DNA from: Podarcis tiliguerta
Taxonomy: Eukaryota
NCBI GenBank assembly: GCA_965153285.1
Contig: OZ229118.1
DNA length: 64,000 bases
Direction: 5' to 3' (one strand)
The first letter of the stretch is position 1; each line of letters begins with the position of its first letter. Of the stretch, positions 13,568 to 55,092 are shown piece by piece. A program made the position numbers and the translations under genes. Below the pieces are notes generated by a model. The model ran no database searches, was not told the origin of the DNA, and saw only the letters and a program-made list of their open reading frames with translations.

Positions 13568-14050
13568 GGTGGCGGCGGCGGCAGCAGCAGCGCAGAGTGG
13601 GCTGCCGCGCAAGGGTTCGCCTCGTCGCCTGGAGAGCTTCTCCTGTTCGGACAAGAGTGACAGGCGGAGACGCGGGAGAGACGGGGAAGAGCGAGGCGGC
13701 GACGAAAGGCGAGACTTCGGCCAATCCAAGCGCCGCGGCTCCGCCCTGCGTGCCTGCGTGCGTGCGCTCAGCTTGCCCTGCGGCTCTCTTCAAAGCGGTA
13801 GCCTTTCCGTGCTGGCCTGGCCCCCAGGGCGGTGGGGACCTGCGAGGGGGCGGGAGCCTTCCCCGCTGCCCCCTCACCTTCAGCGGAACAGCCTCGACTA
13901 GGACAACGAGAAGGGCCTGCAGAACTGGGGAAGTGGGAGGTGCTGGAATGTGTCTGCAGCAGGAGGCTTTTGCCCGACGGAACGCACACACCACATGCAT
14001 GCAAACTGCGCGCCCTCCTCGCCCAGCAGAGCCCAGGACGCCAGTGGCGT
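13150..14050 (-). promoter_or_regulatory. CpG island / MGARP promoter
   Basis: very GC- and CpG-rich over exon 1; CCAAT at 13721-13725 and GC box near 13737-13746; limits approximate. Confidence 0.8.
13489..13567 (-). CDS. MGARP: MGARP coding exon 1
   Basis: ATG at 13567, MHLCSFAWRPLVRRLTQGAAPFVRGH, donor G|GTGAGT. Confidence 0.88.
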
Positions 14051-14601
14051 TACAGTATTTGCAGAATTGGAGCTTAGCTGTGTTTTGTATGTAACCTGGG
14101 GGGCATTTAAGACGGATGGGTAAGTGCGGTTTCCCACGCCCACCCCCAAACTGGCTGGAAAAGGGAGCTCTTCCTGCCTGAACAAAGGTGCAGCCCCAGA
14201 ATTTCTTCCCCTTATTACAAGGAAGTAGCTGCAGGCGCTCACACACCAATATTGGTACCTCAATAAACTGGCAAGACAGGCCAGTGCTGTTTAGCTAGGA
14301 TCGTGGTAATATAGGTTAATTTGAGGTAGGACCGAGCTCTAACCCATTTGCAAAGCTGAGTGTTGTAATGTAAAGGATTAATAAACAGTAGTGTCTCCAA
14401 GCACCATGTTTTCATCACCCCCAATGAGCAATTTGAGCTGCTCCCCCATCTTGGCATTACAAGGGTGGGCGAGGCTAATATAGCACTTTTCCTGTCACTA
14501 AAAATAGGGGGAAGCTTGCAACCTTGCTGCAAAGTCCTCTGTGTGACCAGAGTACCTCTGTTCTGTTTTAAAATGCCAATGGCTTATAACAGAATTTCAT
14601 A

Positions 14602-14690
14602 GTAAATGAGATTCTTTGTCTCAGGGTCATGGATTCAAGCCCTGGGGTTGGGCAAAATATCCCTGCATTGCAGTGGGTTGGATTAGATGA
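14602..14690 (+). mobile_element. Degenerate partial copy of the tRNA-Lys/CR1-tail SINE
   Basis: TCTCAGGGTCATGGATTCAAGCCC...CCTGCATTGCAGTGGGTTGGATTAGATGA. Confidence 0.65.
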
Positions 14691-16269
14691 TACTATGAAA
14701 TGCCACTTATGTGCATGGCCTTAAATTCCAAGCCAACTTTCCCAGGTACACGTGTCTGCCTGCAGCAGCTTTCCTGGACCCCTTCCCCCACTGAAATTGG
14801 GCTTGAATGTGTTCTGTTGTTGCCAGTCAGTAGAATGGTGAGTGTAGAACCCACAACCATTTATCCAGTTTCCAGATGAGCTATAAAAGAAACACATTTC
14901 ACATAATGACATTTTTCATTTAGTTGGCTTTCGTTCCCTCCACTTCTTCAGAGGCTAGTTGTTTTATCTATGTTTTCAGTGGTTCTTATTTTTATCTAAG
15001 TGGCCTCAAGTCCCATCAGGGGAAAAATGTGGAGTATAAATAAATTATTTATTTATTATTATTTATAATAATTCTCTTACTTTAATATATGAAAGCATCT
15101 CTTATTTATGATTTTTTTCACACTCAAAAATATAGAATTTGAACAGTCATACTACAAGAAGTAGGAAATGGGAAGAGAACAAAAAACATTGCAAAAAATT
15201 CTGCTAAATGCCTGTAAAATAACATGTGCCTATAAACCTTCTAGGAAACCTTCAAATGAATCAAAATAGATTCTTAAAAGTATTGAGTTGCCATCCTATG
15301 TATGGTAATCTGGGCCTCAATTAACTGAGGATTTAATTTTGCATAAACATGCATAAGATTGTTTTGCATAGCTTCTACAGGATGGCATGACATGTACAAG
15401 AAGCCACACACAATGCTGCAGATTAATGAATATAAATGAAGTTACGACTGAATAATGTGACTAAGGCTGCAATCTTATGGTCTCTGGGGAGGTTCTGGTG
15501 GACACAGAATGCTGTGGATCCCCGTCTGCTAGAAATGACATGCCTTCAGAACAGAGGGAGTGGGAAAGTATTCCTACCCTAGAGCTGGAATACTTATTTT
15601 CTCTCCCCTTGGGATCAATGGGAAGCAAAATATTTTTAAAAATAACCTAACAAAGGACAAATAAAGAAAAGGAAGCATCACATTAGGAAGGGCTGTTAAA
15701 TAAATTTGGAAATACCAAAGTGAAATCTAGCCAATTTCTTTTAAATCACAATGCCAGTTTGCCTTGCAGTCTTTGAAAATATAGTAGTGTGACACAGCCA
15801 ATTATCTTCAGCTTGAAAAGAAGAGGTGCAGAAATGTGCTGTAGGTGAATCAACCTTGAAATATAACTTAATTCAAGAATCCACTCTAATTCTAGAAACA
15901 ACTCTTGAGAATATGAAAGAGTAGTGTGGATGATCCATAAGGGAAATGAATCATCCACTTGCTGTGAAAGTATTACATGTTGAGGAATTATTTAGGAATA
16001 CCCTCATAAGATTCTTATACATTTTTTAAAGAGGAACAGAGGAGTCCCACTGCGGTTGACAAGAAATGAACAGGGAAACTGTTAAATAATGCAAAGCTGA
16101 AGAGTTGAACCAAATTCCAATATATCCCATATATTCTCCTTATGCTCTTTATTACTGCACTGTTACTCCAAGTAAACAATGTAAACACAGCAGCAGCATC
16201 TTCTCATATGATCTGCAATTAAGCCATAGCTACAGTGGCAGTAGCCTCAAAGTTTTGATAGTAAATATA

Positions 16270-16535
16270 CAGTGGTACCTCGCAAGATGAATGCCTCGGA
16301 AGACGAAAAACTCGCCAGACGAAAGAGTTTTTCGTTTTCTGAGTTGCTTCGCAAGACGGATTTCCCTATGGGCTTGCTTCGCAAGACGAAACGTCTTGCA
16401 CCTTTTTTTTTTTTAAACCGCCAATGCATTCCTATGGGAAACTGTCAATACACATTGGTGCTTCGCAAGACGAAAAAACTCGTAGAACGAAAAAACTCGC
16501 AGAACGAATTAATTTCGTCTTGCGAGGCACCACTG
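16270..16535. mobile_element. Tc1/mariner (pogo/Tigger-like) MITE, family A copy 2
   Basis: TA|CAGTGGTACCTCGCAAG...CTTGCGAGGCACCACTG|TA. Confidence 0.9.
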
Positions 16536-16789
16536 TAATTAGGGTTGCTGTTAATGAACAAAAAATGCTGAGAAGGAATACAAATGCTAATATGCACAAG
16601 TGAAGTCAGTAAATCATGTTGCAATCCTACACACCTGTGAGACAAAGTCCTACGGAGTTCAACATACAAGATTGCACTGTCATACGTTATTTTTCTATAC
16701 AAAATAGGGTCAGAAACTTTTTTTCTGATGGAATATATTTTATTCATAGCCTTTAGAAGCAACCATGTGAAGCATAGAGATTTCAACCA

Positions 16790-16934
16790 CCTTCCATGCT
16801 TTCTTTGCTTTATTTCAGGAAAATTAGAATTAGTTTGGAGTTAATCCAACAACCAATGGGTTATCTACTAACACAAAAATATCCTTGTAGACTATGCATT
16901 GGCTGTAACAGTTTCTATGGAGACGATCTTCAAC
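16790..16934 (-). other. NDUFC1: Probable non-coding terminal (3'UTR) exon of NDUFC1
   Basis: strong acceptor CCTCCTCTCTTTTCTAG|G at 16935 followed by AATAAA at 16809-16814 and 16739-16744; matching donor G|GTGAGA 19 nt after the stop; 3' end approximate. Confidence 0.6.
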
Positions 16935-18537
16935 CTAGAAAAGAGAGGAGGTAATTAAGTCATACTATAAGACTGTACAAGTGCAGTCTTTACATGGCCC
17001 ACAGGGTAGTTTCAAAGTCAGGAAACATGACAGTCTTACGGATTTTGATGCAAAATTAGCAATGGGGAAAGTGATTGCCTAACCCTGCCTGAGTACTCTT
17101 TGTACTCTTGGTCTGTCTCTTTTGTCACAGAAAACTAATAACTAAGTGCCTAATGTGACTAAGTGACTGATGATAGTTAATCAGATAAACAGTATTTTAA
17201 TCAATATTTAGTCTGTTAAATAATCACAAGCTGCTAAAGTAGAATGTGATTACTCCAGTTTAAAAGCCAGGAACATACTAATAGGGAAACAATGGACAAA
17301 ATACCAGGATTAATGAGTTTGCTATAGAAACAGTGCAATGCTGAACTGAGCAGCATGCTATGCCTCCATCCATTCCATGCTGTCAGCAGAGTACAGCACA
17401 GGGACAGTGCTATGTGAATGTCCACTGGGCAATCTTTAATGAAAATAGCAGTGTGTTTGAGAATTTGCAGAATGCAAACCGTATCACAAAATCAATCATT
17501 TGCATCTCCCAAAGGTGCAGCAATCATCATAGCTGTCCTGCTTTCTGCTCTTTAGTGGGAGATGACAGAAGACAAGGCCAAGAATACATATTTACACATC
17601 TATAATTAGCAGCTGCATGGCTGCTAATAATACAATGAAGAAGAGACTCACTTTCTGTTTCTACTGTCCTGTTATTTAAAACAATGGGGAACAGGAGCTC
17701 TGAGCAACAATTGAGAATATAATGTAGCCTACATTTGGATATAATGATACACAATTACTTTTTATTGTAAGAATGAGCGCAGGTGAGCCTCAGGCTCATG
17801 TGTTCTCCCACAGGCACAGTTGGCAAAATCTAGCTTCGACTTATAGACTAATCATAGGTTAGAAAATCCTGAAACATGGTTAATCTTAACTCTGGTTAAT
17901 TGAATCAGGCCAGGTTCATACCCCGTGGTTTAAAACTGGTCTGCTTCAACTAACTACAATTTGCCATGGTTTAGACATATCGCTAAGCTGTGATTAACCA
18001 AAATCAGAAGTGAAAGCTTCCAAACTCCTCCATCTCACATGACAAAGAAGGGTGAAAGGAAGAGTAGAGGAGCCTGAGGCTTTCCTAGGCTCATTTTCAT
18101 AATTATAAACCATTAGCATGGTTTACCATTATGTTGGAATGCAGTCATTATAATTTACTGTAAGGACAAAGTCTTGGATGTGGAACTGAAGAGTGTAGGG
18201 CAGATGGGGAAGTCAGCCATTAGTTGGCACCATAAGAAGTAACTTGGACAGATCACTTAACTTAAAAACAGCAACACAATAAGCAGACCAAGGCACTTAT
18301 TTTGAAATATAGCAGAAATGTAATGCTTTTAAAGAAACGAGTCAATTAGGACATTAAAAAACTGAAGAAAACAGCAATAGAGTATTAATGACAAAACTGC
18401 AACATTTGTGATCTCTGCTGTTCATTACAGGCAACAATCTTACAAGTTGGATTATTATATAAACAAGAGCAACCATTTCCAGAAAAAAGTGAGGTTTATA
18501 GCTTTATTCAGATCTCACCATAATTTTAGCACCTCCA

Positions 18538-18603
18538 TTATGAACCTCTCTCTGCTTTTCGCCTTTCATATTCTGCTTGATGTTCATTATGCTGCTTTAG
18601 GAG
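18538..18603 (-). CDS. NDUFC1: NDUFC1 coding exon 3
   Basis: acceptor TTTTTTAG|, LLKQHNEHQAEYERRKAERGS-TAA. Confidence 0.93.
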   Translation of the reverse strand, partial: LLKQHNEHQAEYERRKAERGS

Positions 18604-20599
18604 CTAAAAAATAAATACACATGGTTTAAGAGCATGAGACACGCAGAGTCAAAATGATTATTTTAGTGTGGACAGGCATTAAGTGATCAGTGTTAAGGGC
18701 TGATCTGAAACCATTTGATTAATTATACATTCAAAATTAAATTATTATTGCAGGGGTAGGCAACCTTTTTCAGCTGGAAGAATACATTCCTTTGTGGGGA
18801 ACCTTCTGGAGGCTGAGTGGGAACAGAGTGGGTGTAAATTTTAGTTCCCAATTTTTAAAGCTGTAGCAAGAACAGTTTACTCATTCTTATACTTTAAAAT
18901 GCTGCTAAATAATGCATTTCCACTCATATAAACACTTACAGTGGTCTAATTTGCACATCATAAAGCTAAACCACACTTTATTAAACTATGGCTTATGATT
19001 ACTGTGCAAACCTTGCCCAGGTTTAACTATAGTTTGCCAAGAAAACAAGATCTGAAGACATGATTTATTGGTTTATAACACTCATCTTGTTTTAATTATG
19101 GCTTGAGATTTCAGCACTATGATTTGCCTGGCCACTCACCAAACAAGAATAGCGGGAAAACAAACCAAACTTTAGAAGAAAAAAGTAATGGTTTGACTGA
19201 TCATTCATGGAACAACTTGTGGTTAACTTGTGATTTGTTAAACAAACAATGACTTGGTATATGTGCAAACCAAGCCAATCAACAATGTGCCTTGAATGTG
19301 GAACTGTAATTTTTCAAATGACTAGTAATTAGTGGACCCAAACTAAGCATAACATATTATCACATTTCCTTTATTGACAAAAGTAACTGACTAAGGAACA
19401 GTTACTTTGAAAACACTGCTAATCACATCCACAGTGTAATTCTTACCAGCACCCATATTGCTACTGAGGCACCAAAAGTCAGGCCAACTTTAACCCAGTT
19501 CGGTTTGCTTATATCATCAGGCTGTGCCCTGAATGCAGAACGAGATGGTTCTGAAATAAAAGAGTTTAGAAACATGTTAGTTCTGAGACAAAATTTTAGA
19601 GGAGAGAGCGAGCAGTTTACTTATGAAAAGGGGTTTCACTGCATTCTGTTGGAATAATTTTTCAGTCAGTCACTGATCACCTTGACTTATAAGAACAGTG
19701 GCAGAAACTGTACAAATTGGAAATGTTTATTCCGTATGATGAATTGACATAGCAGTTACTGTATGAATTAGTATTTGTAAAGAATCGCACAGCAATGTGG
19801 TAACATTTTGTGTTAAAGGAAAGAATACATAACAGGGTTTTTAGAATGGATTTTGTCTAATGGGGATGGAAGAGATAATAGGAAAGAGTTCTTTTAGCAA
19901 TATCAGGGCAACGAAAGAGACAGTATTAAGCGTTGATATTTTAATATTCAGTATTTCAGGAGACAACTCTATTTGTTCCCTAACCAGGATCTCTGGCATA
20001 CATCTTTCTCAGTCCTACTCTTCGAAGGAGACTCTCGGGAGTCGGGAAAAAAGAAAAGAGTAAAATGAAACAACGCGTGCATTGAACCAGCTACTAAAGA
20101 AATAACACACTGTACAAGCTTCTTAGAAGGAACTTGTAAGAAACTGAAAATTGGGCAGGGTGTGAAAGTTTACGGAAGGAAAAGGGTAACTGATGTCCAT
20201 TCAGCTCATCCACAGCAACCCTTCTCCTTCCCGCACAGCGATATCGCCGATGCTGCAAGGCGACGCTCTAGCCCGCTGCTATGGGGCGCCACTAGCAGTT
20301 TGGGCACGAAAGGCCCAGGCCATCCAAACTCACAGCAGAGAACGGAGAGTGGGAAACAGATGGGGCAGGAAAAACCAGCAGACCCTGAAGGTTACACGTA
20401 GGAGACTCGGATGAAGCGCTCCCACGTTCGTTCAACGAGGGTGGCATTGAGAAAGGGCAGGTGGGGAAATAGTTCATTCCTCTGTCCTGCCCAGGTTAGG
20501 AAACGAGCGGGAGGTCCCCTGGGGCCCCGGTGACTCACCTCGGATCGGGTTCCCAGATAACCGCAAAAACCTCCGCGCAACCTGCAAGGGCGCCGCCAT
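18538..20599 (-). CDS. NDUFC1: NADH:ubiquinone oxidoreductase subunit C1 (KFYI); CDS join(20539..20599, 19447..19550, 18538..18603), 231 nt, 76 aa
   Basis: MAAPLQVARRFLRLSGNPIR-EPSRSAFRAQPDDISKPNWVKVGLTFGASVAIWVL-LLKQHNEHQAEYERRKAERGS*; KPNWxKVGLTxG and KQHNE..EY.RR motifs; canonical junctions; divergent from NAA15. Confidence 0.94.
19447..19550 (-). CDS. NDUFC1: NDUFC1 coding exon 2
   Basis: acceptor TTTATTTCAG|, KPNWVKVGLTFGASVAIWVL, donor GTAAGA. Confidence 0.94.
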
Positions 20600-20780
20600 G
20601 TTGTTTTGCTTCCTCCTCCTCCACGCAGGTTCCCTGAGCAACAGTGCGAACACGCCAATCAAACAGCGCTAGGGGCGGGGCTTCTTAACTGATCCCGGAA
20701 GGAGAGAACTCAGGCAGGGAGGGCGCCCCCTCCTGGTCACATGGTCGTAGGTAGTGGCTGCTTCGGAACGCTCTCCCCTA
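20230..20780 (-). promoter_or_regulatory. CpG-rich proximal promoter of NDUFC1
   Basis: CCAAT 20655-20659, GC box GGGGCGGGGC 20672-20681, CTCF-like CCAGGAGGGGGCGC (minus, 20723-20736). Confidence 0.7.
20539..20599 (-). CDS. NDUFC1: NDUFC1 coding exon 1
   Basis: AACATGG start, donor G|GTGAGT. Confidence 0.9.
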
Positions 20781-22593
20781 TAAACATACAGTATTAAGCC
20801 AGACGCTGGCTCAGCAGCTACGAAACTGCCTTTACATCAATCGGTCATGAGAGTTGTGAGGAGATAGTAGAACATAAAAAAACTCCGTGGTTTTGTGTTT
20901 CCGTGACTTTAGAACACACACTGCAGAAGCAGCATCCTAACGTTAGAATTTTCATAAATAAAAGTAGATATTATTCTGCCTTTATCATAGCATTCCTTAT
21001 GTAGGATACATATTGTAATTAACAGCAGGAAGGCTGTGCCAATCGGCCACTTGTGAGAATTTCGACAGAAGCAAAATTGTACAATAGGTTATGAACTTTA
21101 ATAGGTGATTGTTTCAGAACAAGTGCTGTAGACTATGCAGACAAGTAGTCCATATCTCAAATATACAATACTTCCACTGAAACCCGCTAAAGATGAATGT
21201 TTCTGTCAGAAGTTTTGGAAAGTACTGCAACTGACATGAGGGTACTCAACAGCCCACTTTCAGTATTACTGTCTTAGATCTTACTGTTGTGCTTCATACC
21301 TTAAGAGTGTAATCCATACAGGTCTACTTAGAAGTGTTATGTTCCATTGAGTTCAATGGGACTTACTATCAGGTAAGCACGTACAGGATTGCAGTCTGAG
21401 ACAGTCCAACTGCCTGGAGTGCTATTGCTATTTATGCTGTATTATGCACACTTGCCTGACAATAAGCCCCCATTGAACTCGGTGGGAACTCTGACTGAAC
21501 ATGCACAGGGTTGCGCTGCAAGGCTACATGCAATTATATGCACATTTATCCTTGGAAAAAGCCCCACAATAGGACTTACATTGAATAACATTGGCCACAC
21601 TTAATTTCTAATTAAACAGCAAAGACAGAAAAGCCATTTGTCAGCGTTACATGCAAAGTTTCATGTCTATGAAAAGGCGGTTCCTTACAATCTGAAAATT
21701 GTCTGTCATCCTCAGACCAATTTACTGTTTCTTAATAATTGCAATAATGTGCCAAAGGCTAATGAGGCATTGCCATTGTTGCAGGAAGGCAGTATCACAA
21801 ACTGGTTCTTCCAGTGCGTTGAGTTTAACATTGCAAGAGGTCCATCAAGAAGCGTGTGTAGGTGTGGAAGCAGAACTTGGCTCTTGCAGGGATGACAAAA
21901 GAGGAAGTAAGCAGACAGAGGTGAGGAAGAAAAGAAGTGTACAGCAACACATAATTAAGTTATGGAATTCACTGCCACAGGATGTGAAGATGGCTTCAAA
22001 AGGGGATTAAACATCAAACGGCTTTTAACATCGACAGCTACACAAAATCTTCAAGTCTTTATACCTCTAAAGGTATACAACTATGGACCTTCCTTGTATT
22101 TAGCTACTTGGGGCAACTTTTCTCCAGGATGCAGAACTCATTACTATATTTTCAGAAAATATAAGAGGAGGAGGAATCTGAGGACCTCCAGATGTTGCTG
22201 AACTACAATACCCATTACCTCTGACCACTGAACATACTAGTGGGCAGAGTTGGAGTCCGGTAACATCTGAAGGGCCACTTATTCCCCATCCTTGATTATA
22301 ATGTTTTAAATAATATTCTAGAAGTGTTTACAGTAGAAGTACAGGTCCTTGTGTTTGCTTTTGATGTACCATATGTTTTCAGGACTTCCCAGAAGCATCT
22401 GGGCTGGCTACTGGTGGAAACAGGGCAGTGGGCTCTATGGGACTTTGTTCTCCTTGTGTTAAGCATAATTTAATCCTAACATTAAGCTTGCCATTGTGGT
22501 TTTCATTTGTGTAGCATATCCTGGATGAACATGAAAATTGGCACTTAGTGCAGAAACAAATATACAGAGTATAGATCATGAATGATATTTATT

Positions 22594-22660
22594 TCATAGA
22601 ATCATAGAACCATAGAGTTGTAGAAATGGAAGGGATCCCAAGGGTCATCTAGTCCAACTC
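22594..22660 (-). mobile_element. CR1/SINE 3' tail fragment
   Basis: TCATAGAATCATAGAA repeat plus GGAAGGGA...GGGTCATCTAGTCCAAC. Confidence 0.65.
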
Positions 22661-23831
22661 AGGAATCTCAATCATAGTGCGATGATGTCAACAACATTAC
22701 AACACTTGTGACTATTTTGATTTTAATGGGCTGATACACAAAGCCAAGTTACAAGGCACAGCTTTTTGGATACAATATTTCCAAACCACTTCCAAATGTA
22801 CTTAAAGCCAACACAAACAAAATAAATGAACAGTATACTTGTTTATAAGAATAAATGTAGAGTATTTTTGTTTATAAAGAAACCCTCTTGGGTTACAACC
22901 ACCACCATGTAACCACCAAAGTAAAACAAATGATAAAAGTTTAAATGACTATACAATTACTGCCACTGTGGATTTTTGGACTAATACTATGCCAGCAGGT
23001 ATTCGGATTTCTGTAGTGGTGCCCAGAAATCTGCCTCGCGCCACTCTAGAGACCATTCCCTTCGCCCCTCCTGAACAATTCACAGCACTACCCATGTCTA
23101 TGGAGAAGCTCATGGGGGAGGTACTCTTACAGTAAGTCCCGCCGAGTTCTCAGCTAAGTGGCTGCAGGACACCAGCCCGGGCTGCTGCGCTCCTGCGCTC
23201 ACCTACCTGCTGAGCTGCACGCGACTGGCAAGCTTAGTAAGCATCCCGCTCACGCGCCCGCCCCCCGCCCCCCAGCCCGCGCAGGCGCACTCCTCCAACA
23301 GTTCCCAGCGGGAGGGTGTTCTCATTTCCCAACTTACCTTGTAGCGGCTATTAAGCCTACATAGAGAAAAGAGGGCGAAGACGTGAGGCAGAGGAGGAGG
23401 AGGTGGTGGCGGCGGCGGCCGGGGTCGTGGCGCATGCGCGTTGGGCTCGGTGACCCGGCTGGGGAAGCCCTCGGCGGCGGCCATTTTGGCGGCGCCTCCT
23501 CTCTCCGGCCTGTTCAGTTAACCACGTGAACCGCCCGCCGCCTCGGGCTCGCTGCGGGGCCAGGGGTAAAGTGGGCGCGGGCACGGCGGCTGCGGAGGCC
23601 GCTTGGGAAGGAAGCGCCAGGAGGAGGAGGAGGAGCAGCAGCAACAGGCGACGGCGGTGCTGCTGCTTCTGATAGCCGCGGCGGCCTGGCGGGCAGTCCC
23701 TCCCGGGAGGTGGCGGCGGCGGCGGAAGCAGCGGCAGCGATCAAGCCTCGGCAGGAGGAGGGAGCTGGTTCACCGGCCCGGTAGCAGCAAGAAGGGCGGC
23801 GGCGGTGGTGGCGGCAGCAGCGGCGGAGACG

Positions 23832-53890
<30,059 letters not shown>

Positions 53891-54842
53891 ACTTTTTTAA
53901 AGGAGTGGAATGATTTTGGACCGTATCTGGTGTATAATATTTTTGTCACGCACCTGCTGAATTGTTCTAACCTACACAGAATGGAAGGAGTAAAAATGGT
54001 TGCCTTCAAAGTTTTACTTTTTTTATCCTGCTGACGAGTATATAATATAAAGTAACGTATTACTGGATATAGGTGGCTCAGTTAAAAGAAAAACTAAGCA
54101 CTGCTAAAATTGAAAAGTATCCTTTATCTACATACCCCATTTTAAACTAATTTATATGGAATCTGAAGGCTTAACACCCATTGGAGCAGGTGTGTGGCAG
54201 AAATATTACTTTAAATTTGTCTTGTTGAGATGACTATCTCAGACAGCAAAAATGCTGTTTTAGCACTGGATCCTTTTCACTGAGCACAAAGAGTTGTTGG
54301 GGCTTTAACATCTGACTGATTTTGATACAGAGACGATTCTACCCTTTGGAAGTATGCAATGTGAATCACTATTTGCAGACAAACCTGCAATACATATATA
54401 ATGCTGTTGTAGAGACTGGGATTTAAAATATGAAGCAAAATAACGAAACATAAGGTGTTCAATTAGCTTGTTGTGTCTCCGAAATTCACTGCACGTGATC
54501 AGTTTGGTGTTCTTGCACCACAGTTTTTAAATGAAGGAACCAGTTAGAACATACTTTGTTTTTATTAAAATTTGAAATGAAATCAACACTGCTGTTCAGG
54601 AGATGAGCATGATGACAGCATCATTTGGCTGTACATGTTAAAACTGTAATGCAAGAACCAAATGAAATTATGCACTGTGATGTGGCACCAACTCATTAAA
54701 AAGACAGCATGTATTTTTCACGTACAGTGAAAATATAAATGAACATAACTATGGCTTGAAAATTCAAAGAGTGGAACTCCTGACTTCCAATTTGTGACTG
54801 ATCGAGAGACTAATTGTTTAAAACCTCAGCAGGCCTTGTTCA

Positions 54843-54982
54843 NNNNNNNNNNNNNNNNNNNNNNNNNNNNNNNNNNNNNNNNNNNNNNNNNNNNNNNNNN
54901 NNNNNNNNNNNNNNNNNNNNNNNNNNNNNNNNNNNNNNNNNNNNNNNNNNNNNNNNNNNNNNNNNNNNNNNNNNNNNNNNNN
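54843..54982. other. Assembly gap (140 N) in the NAA15 3'UTR
   Basis: run of N. Confidence 1.
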
Positions 54983-55086
54983 CTTTTAACGGGCCCGAGA
55001 TTTTTTTTCAATAACAGACAAGCTTCTTATTCCTGCAGTTACAGATGTAATTTCCTTTGTCAAACATAAGGTACCAAATATAATGC

Positions 55087-55092
55087 AATAAA
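55087..55092 (+). terminator. Candidate NAA15 polyadenylation signal AATAAA
   Basis: AATAAA about 1.2 kb after the stop, followed by GT-rich sequence; a second at 55274-55279. Confidence 0.45.

Noticed and set aside
14117-14125. Plus-strand donor-like TGG|GTAAGT near the MGARP promoter (divergent lncRNA?)
   Set aside because: No partner acceptor or other support identified
13076-14263. Long overlapping ORFs (up to 254 aa) on both strands
   Set aside because: Expected from stop-codon scarcity in a CpG island; only MGARP exon 1 has splice and protein support
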